NCBI GenBank assembly: GCA_016839745.1
Contig: JAEOTS010000077.1
Coordinates: forward strand, 1 to 37,117
DNA from: Promethearchaeota archaeon
GTDB lineage: Archaea; Asgardarchaeota; Lokiarchaeia; Sigyniarchaeales; SOKP01
Reading direction: 5' to 3'
DNA: 37,117 bases
In this document: piece after piece, positions 9,035-17,918 of the stretch
Layout: the number at the start of each line of letters is the position of its first letter
Numbering within the stretch: the first letter of the stretch is position 1
The notes under the pieces: model-generated
The model's database searches: none
Seen by the model: the letters and a program-made list of their open reading frames with translations, nothing else
Told to the model about the DNA's origin: nothing
Translations under genes and position numbers: made by a program

Positions 9035-9112
9035 CTATAGATTTTCAACTTCAATATAACCTTTTTTTCTTTTTTTTTAAGGTTCTTCTCATTTGTTAAA
9101 GATTATACTTTT

Positions 9113-10876
9113 TTATCTCTTAAAGGTAGGGAGTAATCTATTAAAGATGGTATACGTATAAGTAAGTCCTACAAATATAACCATCCAAAACAATACCATC
9201 GTAATATTAATATCTAGGGAAATAAAAAAAAATGAAACCATAGAGAATAGGAATATAAAAAAGATAATGTATGGGACAGATATGATGATTACCCATTTAA
9301 AAATCTTATACTTTGGGTTATATTCTTCTAACACGTACATTCTTTTTCTCTTTTTACCAAAAAACTTTATTTTTAATAAAAAAATAATCATTAAAACAAT
9401 CCAAGCAAAGGGTAAGGTTGAAACAAAATTAATTAAAATGACAGTAAAGTTTGGATAATCAATATAAATCAAAGATGGTAAAATTATCGCGCAAGTCAGA
9501 ATAACAAACATTAACGCTAATTTGGGTTTTGCTTGATCTCTCGGAACGATTGGTAAACCCCCCATAATTGCATCACCAGAAGATTCTAATTGTATTAAGC
9601 TAAACATTAATAATCCTGAAAGAATCGGATTAAAAATTGAAAGCACAATCCAATTAAGGAGGAATTCCATGGATAAAAAACTAATAATCGTGGCAGTTTC
9701 TAAATTGACCGTTATAACATATACAAAAGAAATTAATATTGGTAAAATAATTGCTATGATAGATTTAGGATTTCGCGATATTACTGCAAGATCACGATAA
9801 AGGTACGCGTAAAACGGTGTTCTAGATTTAATTTTAACCTTAATATCCTTCTTAGGAGTTCCGCGTTTTTTCTTTTTTTTAGTCAGAGTAACTTCTGAAA
9901 ACGTAGCCCTCTTAATTGCCTTATACGAACTATTAAAAATCCAGTATGATATAATGCACATTAAAGAAAAACCAATAAGGACACTTGTCCAAAGCTGAAA
10001 AGAGGCTTGAAAAGGAGCCATAAATAATGTAATTACATAACTTAAGTTAAAAGGAAAAGGAATAAAACATAATATAAGATTTATTAAAGGACCATATCTA
10101 GAAGTTATAAAAAAAACATTAATAAGATCTATTGAGTTTATATACCATTGAATTAGACCATAACTCCCAAAAAGAATAAAAACATATGATAAGAGATTAA
10201 ATAAGCGAAGAACTAAATTCTTTTTTGAGCTGCTATCATTAACATCTAAAGTTCGATTAACACGCTCTGCCAACAATATTAAAATACTAAATGAAATTAT
10301 CAGATTAACGAAAGAAACTCCAAGGCATACAAAGAAAAATATCAAATTTCCACTTCCAATTAGCATAATAATCGGAAAAGCAAGAAAAGAAACAACAATT
10401 TGTAAATCATAACTTCGAAATAGGGTTAAATACACGATTTTCATTAACTTTTCCCTTGGAATTGGTAAAGATTCATACCACTCAAATATCTGCCCGGAGA
10501 TAACCATAGTGGCATCTAGTAACCCCATAATGAAGAAGTTTAAATTTTGGAGAACAAAATAGATTGAAAATAGCATCCCTCCCATAAAAAAAATGTTTTC
10601 GATTGATACTGATGCATTTAAAAGAAGTTTAACTATTTCTAAATAAGTAGAAAAAGGTAGAACAGGTATCACACCGAAAATGATAGCTAAAAATAATTTC
10701 GTTAAAACTACTTTTACTTTAAATCTAAATGGATTAGTTTCATATCTTTCCAAAAAAAATAATTTATTTCCTCCCTTCATAAAGACTAATTCTTCCAGAA
10801 GTAATTCTTGACTCGAATATTTTGCAAGATAATAGATTGAAAGACTATTTTCTACCATTCGGTTTTTTCTATTCAT
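9113..10876 (-). CDS. Polytopic membrane protein, putative ABC-2-type exporter permease
   Basis: ~13-14 hydrophobic segments; duplicated 'SLPIPR'/'GLPIVPR' motifs and 'YRDLAVISRNP', typical of tandem ABC-2 permease halves; no ATPase gene adjacent. Confidence 0.65.
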   Translation of the reverse strand: MNRKNRMVENSLSIYYLAKYSSQELLLEELVFMKGGNKLFFLERYETNPFRFKVKVVLTKLFLAIIFGVIPVLPFSTYLEIVKLLLNASVSIENIFFMGGMLFSIYFVLQNLNFFIMGLLDATMVISGQIFEWYESLPIPREKLMKIVYLTLFRSYDLQIVVSFLAFPIIMLIGSGNLIFFFVCLGVSFVNLIISFSILILLAERVNRTLDVNDSSSKKNLVLRLFNLLSYVFILFGSYGLIQWYINSIDLINVFFITSRYGPLINLILCFIPFPFNLSYVITLFMAPFQASFQLWTSVLIGFSLMCIISYWIFNSSYKAIKRATFSEVTLTKKKKKRGTPKKDIKVKIKSRTPFYAYLYRDLAVISRNPKSIIAIILPILISFVYVITVNLETATIISFLSMEFLLNWIVLSIFNPILSGLLMFSLIQLESSGDAIMGGLPIVPRDQAKPKLALMFVILTCAIILPSLIYIDYPNFTVILINFVSTLPFAWIVLMIIFLLKIKFFGKKRKRMYVLEEYNPKYKIFKWVIIISVPYIIFFIFLFSMVSFFFISLDINITMVLFWMVIFVGLTYTYTIFNRLLPTFKR

Positions 10877-11010
10877 CTTCTCTTAATTTTTATAAAAAGG
10901 ATATTTTAACATATAATTATCTTTGTAATATAATAAAATAATACAATTCAGTTGTATCATTTTGAAAAATTCTACAAGAAAAAAATAAAAAAAATAATTT
11001 CTTTAAAAGT

Positions 11011-11385
11011 TTAATCAAGCCCTATCCTTGTAGCTCCTTTTACGATAAGGAATATTATTATTGCTATTATTATAAAATTGATTATTGCCGCTATGAAATT
11101 TCCGATCCCAAATACACCAAGTTTGATATCAGCTATATTATCAAATCCAGGTATAAAGATTCCAATTATTGGAGTTATAATATCTTGAGCTAAGGAAAGG
11201 ATTAGTGCGTTTACGGCAAGGCCGAGGATAAAAGCAGATGCAAGTCCCAAAATTTTGAACTTTTTTATGAAAGCCAAAAATTCCTTCGCTAGATTTTTTG
11301 GTTTTTCTGGTGGTACTGGTGGCACTGGAGTTAGCAGTTCTCGAATTTTTTTTAATTCCTCTAACATTTCATCTTCTTTTGTCAT
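11011..11385 (-). CDS. mscL: Large-conductance mechanosensitive channel MscL (N-terminally extended, C-terminally short)
   Basis: S1 helix 'KEFLAFI', TM1 'LGLASAFILGLAVNALILSLAQDIITPII', TM2 'GNFIAAIINFIIIAIIIFLIVK'. Confidence 0.88.
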   Translation of the reverse strand: MTKEDEMLEELKKIRELLTPVPPVPPEKPKNLAKEFLAFIKKFKILGLASAFILGLAVNALILSLAQDIITPIIGIFIPGFDNIADIKLGVFGIGNFIAAIINFIIIAIIIFLIVKGATRIGLD

Positions 11386-11521
11386 TTAAATTCACTTTAT
11401 ATTTTGCATATAGATTTATTTTTGTTGTAATTAGATTAAGTTACAACTTATAGTATCCTAGCTTTTACTTAAATCTTGTATTTATAACCTATGAATCTAT
11501 AAAAAAACATTTAACTACCAG

Positions 11522-11545
11522 TTCGAAGTATCATTGAACTTCGAA
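11522..11545. promoter_or_regulatory. Palindromic putative transcription-factor site
   Basis: TTCGAAGT-N8-ACTTCGAA, just upstream of TATA-like CTATAAATA (~11554-11562). Confidence 0.45.
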
Positions 11546-11599
11546 GATTAACACTATAAATACCCCTAATGCTATTTATACATAAGGTGATTTAAAATA

Positions 11600-11911
11600 A
11601 TGTCAAAAGTAAAAATTACCGTCGTAAAACAGTTTAGTCCTGAAGATGTTTTAGGAAAAGGATTTATACGAGCTGATGGAACTCCAATTGAAAAGTGTGG
11701 AATGAAAGAAGGTCTTGAATTCACTGTTGGTGAATCAGGGGATATGCCGGAAGGATTCTGTCACCACGCTTGGTATGGGTTGTACAAAAATATATCAATT
11801 TTACAATGTGGTGGTGGCTTTCCCACTTGGACTGGAGAAGATATGATATATACAGCTTGTCCTGATGGAATTCGTCCCGTCTGCTTTAAACTAGAACGTA
11901 TTTCGGAGTGA
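11600..11911 (+). CDS. TIGR04076-like small Cys-rich protein
   Basis: 'KVKITVVK', 'PEGFCHHAW', 'ACPDGIRPVCFKLERI' signatures; GGTGA RBS. Confidence 0.8.
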   Translation: MSKVKITVVKQFSPEDVLGKGFIRADGTPIEKCGMKEGLEFTVGESGDMPEGFCHHAWYGLYKNISILQCGGGFPTWTGEDMIYTACPDGIRPVCFKLERISE

Positions 11912-11923
11912 TGTGGTTAATAA

Positions 11924-12763
11924 ATGGCAGTTAAGAAACTAGAGTTTGAATCAATTTATTTTGACTTATACGAATTAAGTTCAGGGATATTTGCGGCAAT
12001 CTCAGCAGATAAATTACCTTCTTCTAACGCAGGATTTTTTGATCTTGGCAATTATTTAGTTATTTTCGATACGCTTATGGACCCTTACTCCACCCTTGAT
12101 CTCCTCAAAGCGTCAAAACAATTCACAGAAAAGGAACCCTCCTTTCTGTTAAATAGTCACCATCATATAGACCATTTATTAGGAAATCGTATATTTCCTA
12201 TGAATACACCTATTATTAGCAGCCAAGAAACATTTATGGAAGCTCAAGAATCCTTGGAAACCCGATTTAAAGGTTTTAGGGAACGAGCCCCTGCTGAACT
12301 TAAAAGGACAGAAGAGGAATTACTAAACGAAAAAAATCCAGATAAAATACTAGAATTGAAGAATGATATCAATACCTGGAATGATATAAAAGACCCAAAT
12401 TACAAATTGAGACTACCTAATGTTATTGTTAACGATTCTTTTTCAATTAAAGGCACTAAAAACCATGTTCAAATAATATATATAGGAGCTGCTCACACAA
12501 GAGGAGATATGGTAGCCTTCTTTGAAAAGGAAAAAATCTGTTTTATGGGAGACTTATTATTCGAGAAACCTGACCCAAATTGGGTTACCGCTACTGAAGG
12601 GGTACCAACTCCCGCAAACCCTGAACACCTTCGCGATACACTAATAGAATACTCTGAAAAAGACATCGATATATATATTCCTGGGCACGGAAATCTTTGT
12701 ACTGAGAAGGAACTTCGAGAAAACGCTGAATTCTACAACGAATATTATATTAAAAAAAGCTAA
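11924..12763 (+). CDS. Metallo-beta-lactamase-fold hydrolase (cyclase-like subgroup)
   Basis: 'SNAG', 'NSHHHIDHLLGN', 'AHTRGD', 'GDLLF', 'IPGHG'. Confidence 0.88.
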   Translation: MAVKKLEFESIYFDLYELSSGIFAAISADKLPSSNAGFFDLGNYLVIFDTLMDPYSTLDLLKASKQFTEKEPSFLLNSHHHIDHLLGNRIFPMNTPIISSQETFMEAQESLETRFKGFRERAPAELKRTEEELLNEKNPDKILELKNDINTWNDIKDPNYKLRLPNVIVNDSFSIKGTKNHVQIIYIGAAHTRGDMVAFFEKEKICFMGDLLFEKPDPNWVTATEGVPTPANPEHLRDTLIEYSEKDIDIYIPGHGNLCTEKELRENAEFYNEYYIKKS

Positions 12764-12921
12764 AGGACTTAAAAATGGCTTAAATCCTACTCAAGAACTA
12801 TATCAAAATTTTTTTTCCTTATTTAAATCTGGTTCTTTACGAATATAAAATTCGTAGAGGATAAACAGTCTATTATAATTAAATGAAGTAACAAAAGAGC
12901 ACCAAAAAAGAACAATGCAAC

Positions 12922-13443
12922 TTATGATTTTTGCTGTTGGTTCTTCATATGTAAACCCATCTTACGCCAAGATTGACGTCCTGCTTCCCATACTTTAGCT
13001 TGTGTATTTTCTCCTTTCAATTCTCTCCCTATCCATTTTTGATTAGCAGGAATTTTTTTTCCCATACTAACAAAAGATTTGGCTCCAATCATGGAATCAT
13101 TTTCAACTGTTACGGAGGGCATCAATACTGACTGGATACCAATAACAGCATTATCTTTAACCGTAGCCCCATGAATTATTGCACCGAATCCAATTAAGTT
13201 ATTATCGCCGATTCGAGTTCTACACCCTTCAGCAGTATTAATTACACAACAATCTTGGAAAACATTCTTATTTCCAATCTTAATTTTAGCAAAATCCCCT
13301 CGAATTATTACTCCTTGATATACCGTATTTTCAGAACCCATCTTAACATCTCCAATAATCCATGCTGATTCTGAAATCCAACACGATGGGTCTACATCAG
13401 GTGTTTTTAAAACTCCATTTACTTCTATTGAAACAATTGGCAT
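12922..13443 (-). CDS. Gamma-carbonic-anhydrase-like hexapeptide-repeat protein (PaaY/CaiE/YrdA-like)
   Basis: Left-handed beta-helix repeats, 'IIGDV', 'IRGD', 'FQD'; two of three Zn-ligand His positions are substituted. Confidence 0.85.
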   Translation of the reverse strand: MPIVSIEVNGVLKTPDVDPSCWISESAWIIGDVKMGSENTVYQGVIIRGDFAKIKIGNKNVFQDCCVINTAEGCRTRIGDNNLIGFGAIIHGATVKDNAVIGIQSVLMPSVTVENDSMIGAKSFVSMGKKIPANQKWIGRELKGENTQAKVWEAGRQSWRKMGLHMKNQQQKS

Positions 13444-13491
13444 TTTTTTGTATTCACCACTTTTTTTTCTTTAAACTTCATAATTATATAT

Positions 13492-14679
13492 CTATTTCAT
13501 ATCTATAAATTTACCCGAGATAAGTAAATTACAGGGCTTTAAATAAGATTTACCTAACTTTTTCGCAGTTTCTTCTAAGAGTTTTTTTAATTGATTATGG
13601 TTTTTAGTAGCATACTTCATTGGGCCCTGAAAATTCATACCTGCTAAAATCACTTCATCAATTATTTTCCAGCCTGATACTAGTCCTTCTTCTAAAATTC
13701 TACATCCCTCATTAGTAGTAATGGCAGTAAAAACTTCACGATTAACTAGCCCTGCCTTTTTTGACAGGTCTGGATTGGGTCTCCCTTTGGACCAATCATA
13801 ATAACCTTGTCCTGTTTTTTTTCCTAATTTTCCTTGTTCTACTTGTTTTGTCAAAACTTTCCCTGGCTTATAGTCAGGAGATAACTTTTCAGCATAATAT
13901 AGTTGAACATTATAAGTTATGTCCAATCCTACAAAATCTGATAATATTAATGCAGACATTGGAGTGTTTGGTCTAGTAAGATCAGCATCTACTTGCTCCC
14001 ATGGAATGCCCTTTTCATAAGCTAAATCAATAATATAGTTAGTATAAATACTACTTGGTGAAAGAACACGATTTAGAATGAAACCTGGCCGATCCTTTAG
14101 CACTCGAACTACGTACCTTTCACCTCTCAAGCAAGGAAGAGATTTCGAAATTTCAACTCCTGTATCCATTGATTTTTGAGAGCTTGTATCTCCTTTAATT
14201 ACTTCAATAAGCCGCATTAATGGAGCGGGATTAGAAAAATGTATTCCAATTACATTATTAGGTTTACCGCAATTCTTGGCGATCTCTGTAATGCTCAGAG
14301 AAGAAGTATTTGAAGCTAATATGCAGTGATCAAGAGAATTATCAATAACCGTTTTACAAATTTTTTGTTTTAGATCCAAATTTTCTGAAACAGCCTCAAT
14401 TACTAAATCTGCATCCTTTACTGCCTCAATAAGATCACTTGTTGTCTTTAACTTAGATAAATAGTCCCCTACACTTAATCCCTCTTGTAATTTTCCTTTT
14501 TTTTTCAGTTTTTCAAATCCGCTTTTTATGTAATCTACTCCTTTATTGAGTATTTCATAGTTTGTATCCACTGCGGAAACATTATAACCTGCCATTAAAC
14601 ATACTTGGGCTATTCCTTTTCCCATATCTCCCAGACCAATTATTACAATATTATTAATATCAATCAATTCTCTCAACAA
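13492..14679 (-). CDS. 3-hydroxyacyl-CoA dehydrogenase (with duplicated C-terminal domain)
   Basis: 'IGLGDMGKGIA', 'IEAVSENLDLK', 'ASNTSSL', catalytic 'GIHFSNP...IE', 'LGKKTGQGYY'. Confidence 0.93.
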   Translation of the reverse strand: MLRELIDINNIVIIGLGDMGKGIAQVCLMAGYNVSAVDTNYEILNKGVDYIKSGFEKLKKKGKLQEGLSVGDYLSKLKTTSDLIEAVKDADLVIEAVSENLDLKQKICKTVIDNSLDHCILASNTSSLSITEIAKNCGKPNNVIGIHFSNPAPLMRLIEVIKGDTSSQKSMDTGVEISKSLPCLRGERYVVRVLKDRPGFILNRVLSPSSIYTNYIIDLAYEKGIPWEQVDADLTRPNTPMSALILSDFVGLDITYNVQLYYAEKLSPDYKPGKVLTKQVEQGKLGKKTGQGYYDWSKGRPNPDLSKKAGLVNREVFTAITTNEGCRILEEGLVSGWKIIDEVILAGMNFQGPMKYATKNHNQLKKLLEETAKKLGKSYLKPCNLLISGKFIDMK

Positions 14680-14706
14680 GTACTTTTTTATATTATAATG
14701 GAAAAG

Positions 14707-16020
14707 TTAAAGAGTTTCAACAACTGTGGCAATACCGACACCAAAACCGCCACACATTAATTGCACACCATATTTTTTATTATTATTCTTCAAATAATGT
14801 ACCATCTCACCAAAATAGATAACTCCGCTAGCTCCAATCGGATGACCTATAGCAATGGCACCTCCTGTAGGATTAATTCTTGGATCATCGAATTCATAAC
14901 CGAATTCTCTAGCAAACGCTAAACAGGGGCTCGCAAAAGCTTCATTAGGTTCTATAACATCCATATCATCTACAGTGAGATCCGCGCGTAACAAAGCCTT
15001 TTTCATGGCAGGAATTGGTGCTAACAACATGATCACAGGATCGTCCCCCGCTACGGCGGTCGAAAGTATTCGAGCCATTGGTTTTAACCCAAGTTCATCT
15101 GCTTTTTCTCGGGACATTAACAAAGTTGCTGCTGCACCATCTACTATTTGCGATGAATTACCAGCTGTTACTTTTCCACCTTTTTCTAAAGGTTTAAACA
15201 CTGGTTTTAATTTACTTATCAGTTCCCATCCTTTCTCTTGATCATCTAAATACACAGAACGCACGGCTTGATCCATCTTAATCGTAACTTGTTCTTCTTT
15301 TTGTTTACCAGTTTCCTCATCTTTAATTGGTTCCATATTCTCATCTGAAAATTTCCTCAAATAGGTAACTGGGACAACTCTTTTATAATATTCTTCTTCC
15401 CTACGCATTGCCATAGTAGCTTTCTGATGACTCCAAACGCTAAATTCATCTAATTCTAGTCGGGTGAAACCATATTTATCATTAACTAATTCTGCTGAAA
15501 CACCTTGAGGTACAACTAATTTCCATTTATTTTTCCATATTGGAGATAAGATTATGGGATACTTCGGAACCTTTTTTATGATTTCTGTATCAATGCCCAT
15601 TGCATAATGTGTCATTGATTCGACTCCAGCTGCTATAAAGATGTCACCATCACCAACTTTTATTGCATTAACCGCAGTATTAATGGCTTGAAGTCCAGAG
15701 TTACAATATCTATTAACTGTCGCACCCGCTATCTCATGAGGCAGATCTGCTAATAGTATTCCCAATCGGGCAATATTTGCTCCTTGTTCTCCCAATTGAC
15801 TCAAGCATCCTACTTGGCAGTCTTCAATTTCCTTAGGATCAAAATCAGGACATTTATTTTTTGTCCGATCTACTACTGCCTTTAAAACTGAAACTAAAAG
15901 GTCTTGAGCTGAGCATTCTCGAAAGACTCCACCAAGTTTTGCCATTTGTGCACGTCCTGATTTTCCAATTGGAGTGCGAATAGCATCAATTACAACACAT
16001 TCTTTTAATTCTTTTCCCAA
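14707..16020 (-). CDS. Thiolase (acetyl-CoA C-acyltransferase)
   Basis: 'RTPIG', catalytic 'NRYCNSG', 'VTAGNSS', 'NEAFA', 'GHPIGASG', 'MCGGFGVG'; TTG start. Confidence 0.95.
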   Translation of the reverse strand: MGKELKECVVIDAIRTPIGKSGRAQMAKLGGVFRECSAQDLLVSVLKAVVDRTKNKCPDFDPKEIEDCQVGCLSQLGEQGANIARLGILLADLPHEIAGATVNRYCNSGLQAINTAVNAIKVGDGDIFIAAGVESMTHYAMGIDTEIIKKVPKYPIILSPIWKNKWKLVVPQGVSAELVNDKYGFTRLELDEFSVWSHQKATMAMRREEEYYKRVVPVTYLRKFSDENMEPIKDEETGKQKEEQVTIKMDQAVRSVYLDDQEKGWELISKLKPVFKPLEKGGKVTAGNSSQIVDGAAATLLMSREKADELGLKPMARILSTAVAGDDPVIMLLAPIPAMKKALLRADLTVDDMDVIEPNEAFASPCLAFAREFGYEFDDPRINPTGGAIAIGHPIGASGVIYFGEMVHYLKNNNKKYGVQLMCGGFGVGIATVVETL

Positions 16021-16078
16021 CTTTCTTCTTACCTTATTTTATTTTTGATCAAAAATTCTATTCATATTAATCAGTTTT

Positions 16079-16543
16079 TCAACTAAAATTGTCACAAAAT
16101 ACAGCGTCCTTAAAAAAATCAGTAATTTTGACTAATTTATTGGTATTCATATTCAATATTAACCTAACTATAATACCTTTTACTAAAAGTGTATCCTCAG
16201 ACTTTGTATTTTTATAACAGTTAATTGCAAATGTAATTGAAGTAGTCCCAACTTTCAAAAGACGCGTATAAAGTAAAATAGTGTCCCCAAATGTTGCCGA
16301 CTTTATATATTCAATCTCGACTTTTCTCACGGGAAATACAATACCTTGTTTATGCAATTCTCCACAATTTTTTTTGAGTTTTTGAGTAAAGCTAATAAAC
16401 GCATCGTCAAAATAGTTGAGATATTTATTTGAATGCACAACCTGCATTAAATCTGTATCATCTACACGAACTTCTATTTCTTTATAGTCCTCAGTTCCCA
16501 TTAATTTATCGATGATCTCTTTCTCTTCTTCTCTAATTATCAT
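16079..16543 (-). CDS. Hotdog-fold acyl-CoA thioesterase (4HBT/YbgC family)
   Basis: 'VRVDDTDLMQVVHSNKYLNYFD', 'IEYIKSATFGD'. Confidence 0.9.
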   Translation of the reverse strand: MIIREEEKEIIDKLMGTEDYKEIEVRVDDTDLMQVVHSNKYLNYFDDAFISFTQKLKKNCGELHKQGIVFPVRKVEIEYIKSATFGDTILLYTRLLKVGTTSITFAINCYKNTKSEDTLLVKGIIVRLILNMNTNKLVKITDFFKDAVFCDNFS

Positions 16544-16574
16544 TATAACCTTACTACTTCTCTTCTAATGATCG

Positions 16575-17450
16575 TTATATTTTCGTGTTTAGAATTAATA
16601 TTTTTTTTGTCTCATCCGTAGTTGCGACTTTGCGACCAACCATTTCTACCAATTTAGTTGCCCATTGAACTTGTTCAAAACTTCCTTTTGCTAAATCACC
16701 ATTTGGCATTCTAATGTTATCTTCTAAACCAACTCGAATATGACCTCCTTCGATCACTCCACAAGTATTAGCCTTAAATTGATCTTTCGCGATTCCACAA
16801 ACACACCAAGTAGCGTTAGAAGGTGATATTGCTCTGTAATGGGCAAGATTTTGAATATTGAAAGGTGCACCTCCCACAACTCCAAACACATATTGAAAGT
16901 GCATCGGTTCAGAAAAAACTTGATACTGTTTTTGAATATATAATATATTATATAACCCTAGTTCACTAAATACCTCGATTTCAGGTCGAATACCAAGCCT
17001 TTTAGTAACTCGCGCCATTCGTATCATTGTATGAAAGGTGTTAAAATATTCACCTTCATACATGATTTTTTTTGTAATTGGATTTATATTTACCCAATTC
17101 ATAGTCTGCGTATCAATAGAGCAAAGTTCTGGTTGTATGAGTTTAATTGGTGCTAATCTTTCTTTATCAGTTGTTCCAGTTCCTCCAGTAATATTAATTA
17201 TTATTTCAGGACATGAGGTTTTTATTGCCTTTATTATTGCTTCATATCTTTTAGGATCTTGGGTAACTAATCCATCATCTGTTCGTGCATGAATATGGAC
17301 AATTGAAGCTCCTGCTTCATAACATTTTAATGATTCTTCAGCGTATTCTGCTGGAGTGTATGGAACATTTGGATTTTGTTCTTTTAGAGTCGTTGCACCA
17401 ACTAAAGCAGCAGTTATTATTGTCCTATTTAATAAATCTTCATTTGTCAT
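16575..17450 (-). CDS. Beta-keto acid cleavage enzyme (BKACE, DUF849/Kce family)
   Basis: 'IITAALVGA', 'PYTPAE', Zn ligands 'HIHAR', 'PEIEVF', 'GGHIRVGLEDN'. Confidence 0.93.
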   Translation of the reverse strand: MTNEDLLNRTIITAALVGATTLKEQNPNVPYTPAEYAEESLKCYEAGASIVHIHARTDDGLVTQDPKRYEAIIKAIKTSCPEIIINITGGTGTTDKERLAPIKLIQPELCSIDTQTMNWVNINPITKKIMYEGEYFNTFHTMIRMARVTKRLGIRPEIEVFSELGLYNILYIQKQYQVFSEPMHFQYVFGVVGGAPFNIQNLAHYRAISPSNATWCVCGIAKDQFKANTCGVIEGGHIRVGLEDNIRMPNGDLAKGSFEQVQWATKLVEMVGRKVATTDETKKILILNTKI

Positions 17451-17472
17451 TTTTATTTCCCCATTTAAATAA

Positions 17473-17892
17473 TCATTTTAGGATTTCTTCAAGTTCTTCA
17501 AATATAATTTCTGTTGCTTGTCCAAATCGAGCAAGATCTTCTAAATTTCCTTTAACATTTAATTCTCCTTTAAGATAATCTTGTTTCATATCAATCAATC
17601 TTAAAAAAATTTTAATGAATTTTTCTTTTGCCATAGTTAATGTTAATTTAGTTTCAGATGTACTACCGAACCCAAATGAAAATTTTGCATTGGCAATTTT
17701 AATCCAAATTGGTTCATGGTCTAATAAATGAACTTGAATTATGCAATCCCAATCTTTTACTTCTTCTTGAACATCTATATAAGTATTGGCTATCTTTACG
17801 ATAACCTTAAGAAAGTCTACAAGATTTATTTTGTTCAAATAACCATCTTTAATCAATTTTTTTAATTCATTCATTTTATTTCTCTCTTTCAA
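17473..17892 (-). CDS. SCP2 sterol/lipid-carrier domain protein
   Basis: 'LTLTM...DYLKGELNVKGNLEDLARF' SCP2 signature; likely ATG start at 17874. Confidence 0.8.
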   Translation of the reverse strand: MKERNKMNELKKLIKDGYLNKINLVDFLKVIVKIANTYIDVQEEVKDWDCIIQVHLLDHEPIWIKIANAKFSFGFGSTSETKLTLTMAKEKFIKIFLRLIDMKQDYLKGELNVKGNLEDLARFGQATEIIFEELEEILK

Positions 17893-17918
17893 CTTTTTGA
17901 GTTGAAAATTACATTATT

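Noticed and set aside
8417-9080. Poly-A/poly-T runs after genes (e.g. ~8418-8430, ~9062-9078)
   Set aside because: Consistent with ordinary archaeal U-tract terminators or AT-rich intergenic DNA; exact sites cannot be supported.
11909-11920. TGA stop of the TIGR04076 gene followed by TGT GGT TAA as possible selenocysteine read-through
   Set aside because: The family C-terminus is already complete at 'FKLERISE', the downstream bases double as the next gene's RBS, and no SECIS-like element is nearby.
12922-17450. Assigning the cluster to carnitine (cdhABC/caiE), phenylacetate (paa) or lysine fermentation pathways
   Set aside because: No betaine-type transporter, ring-oxidation genes or lysine aminomutases. 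A peptide-type importer, aminotransferase and three amidases do not fit these known routes.
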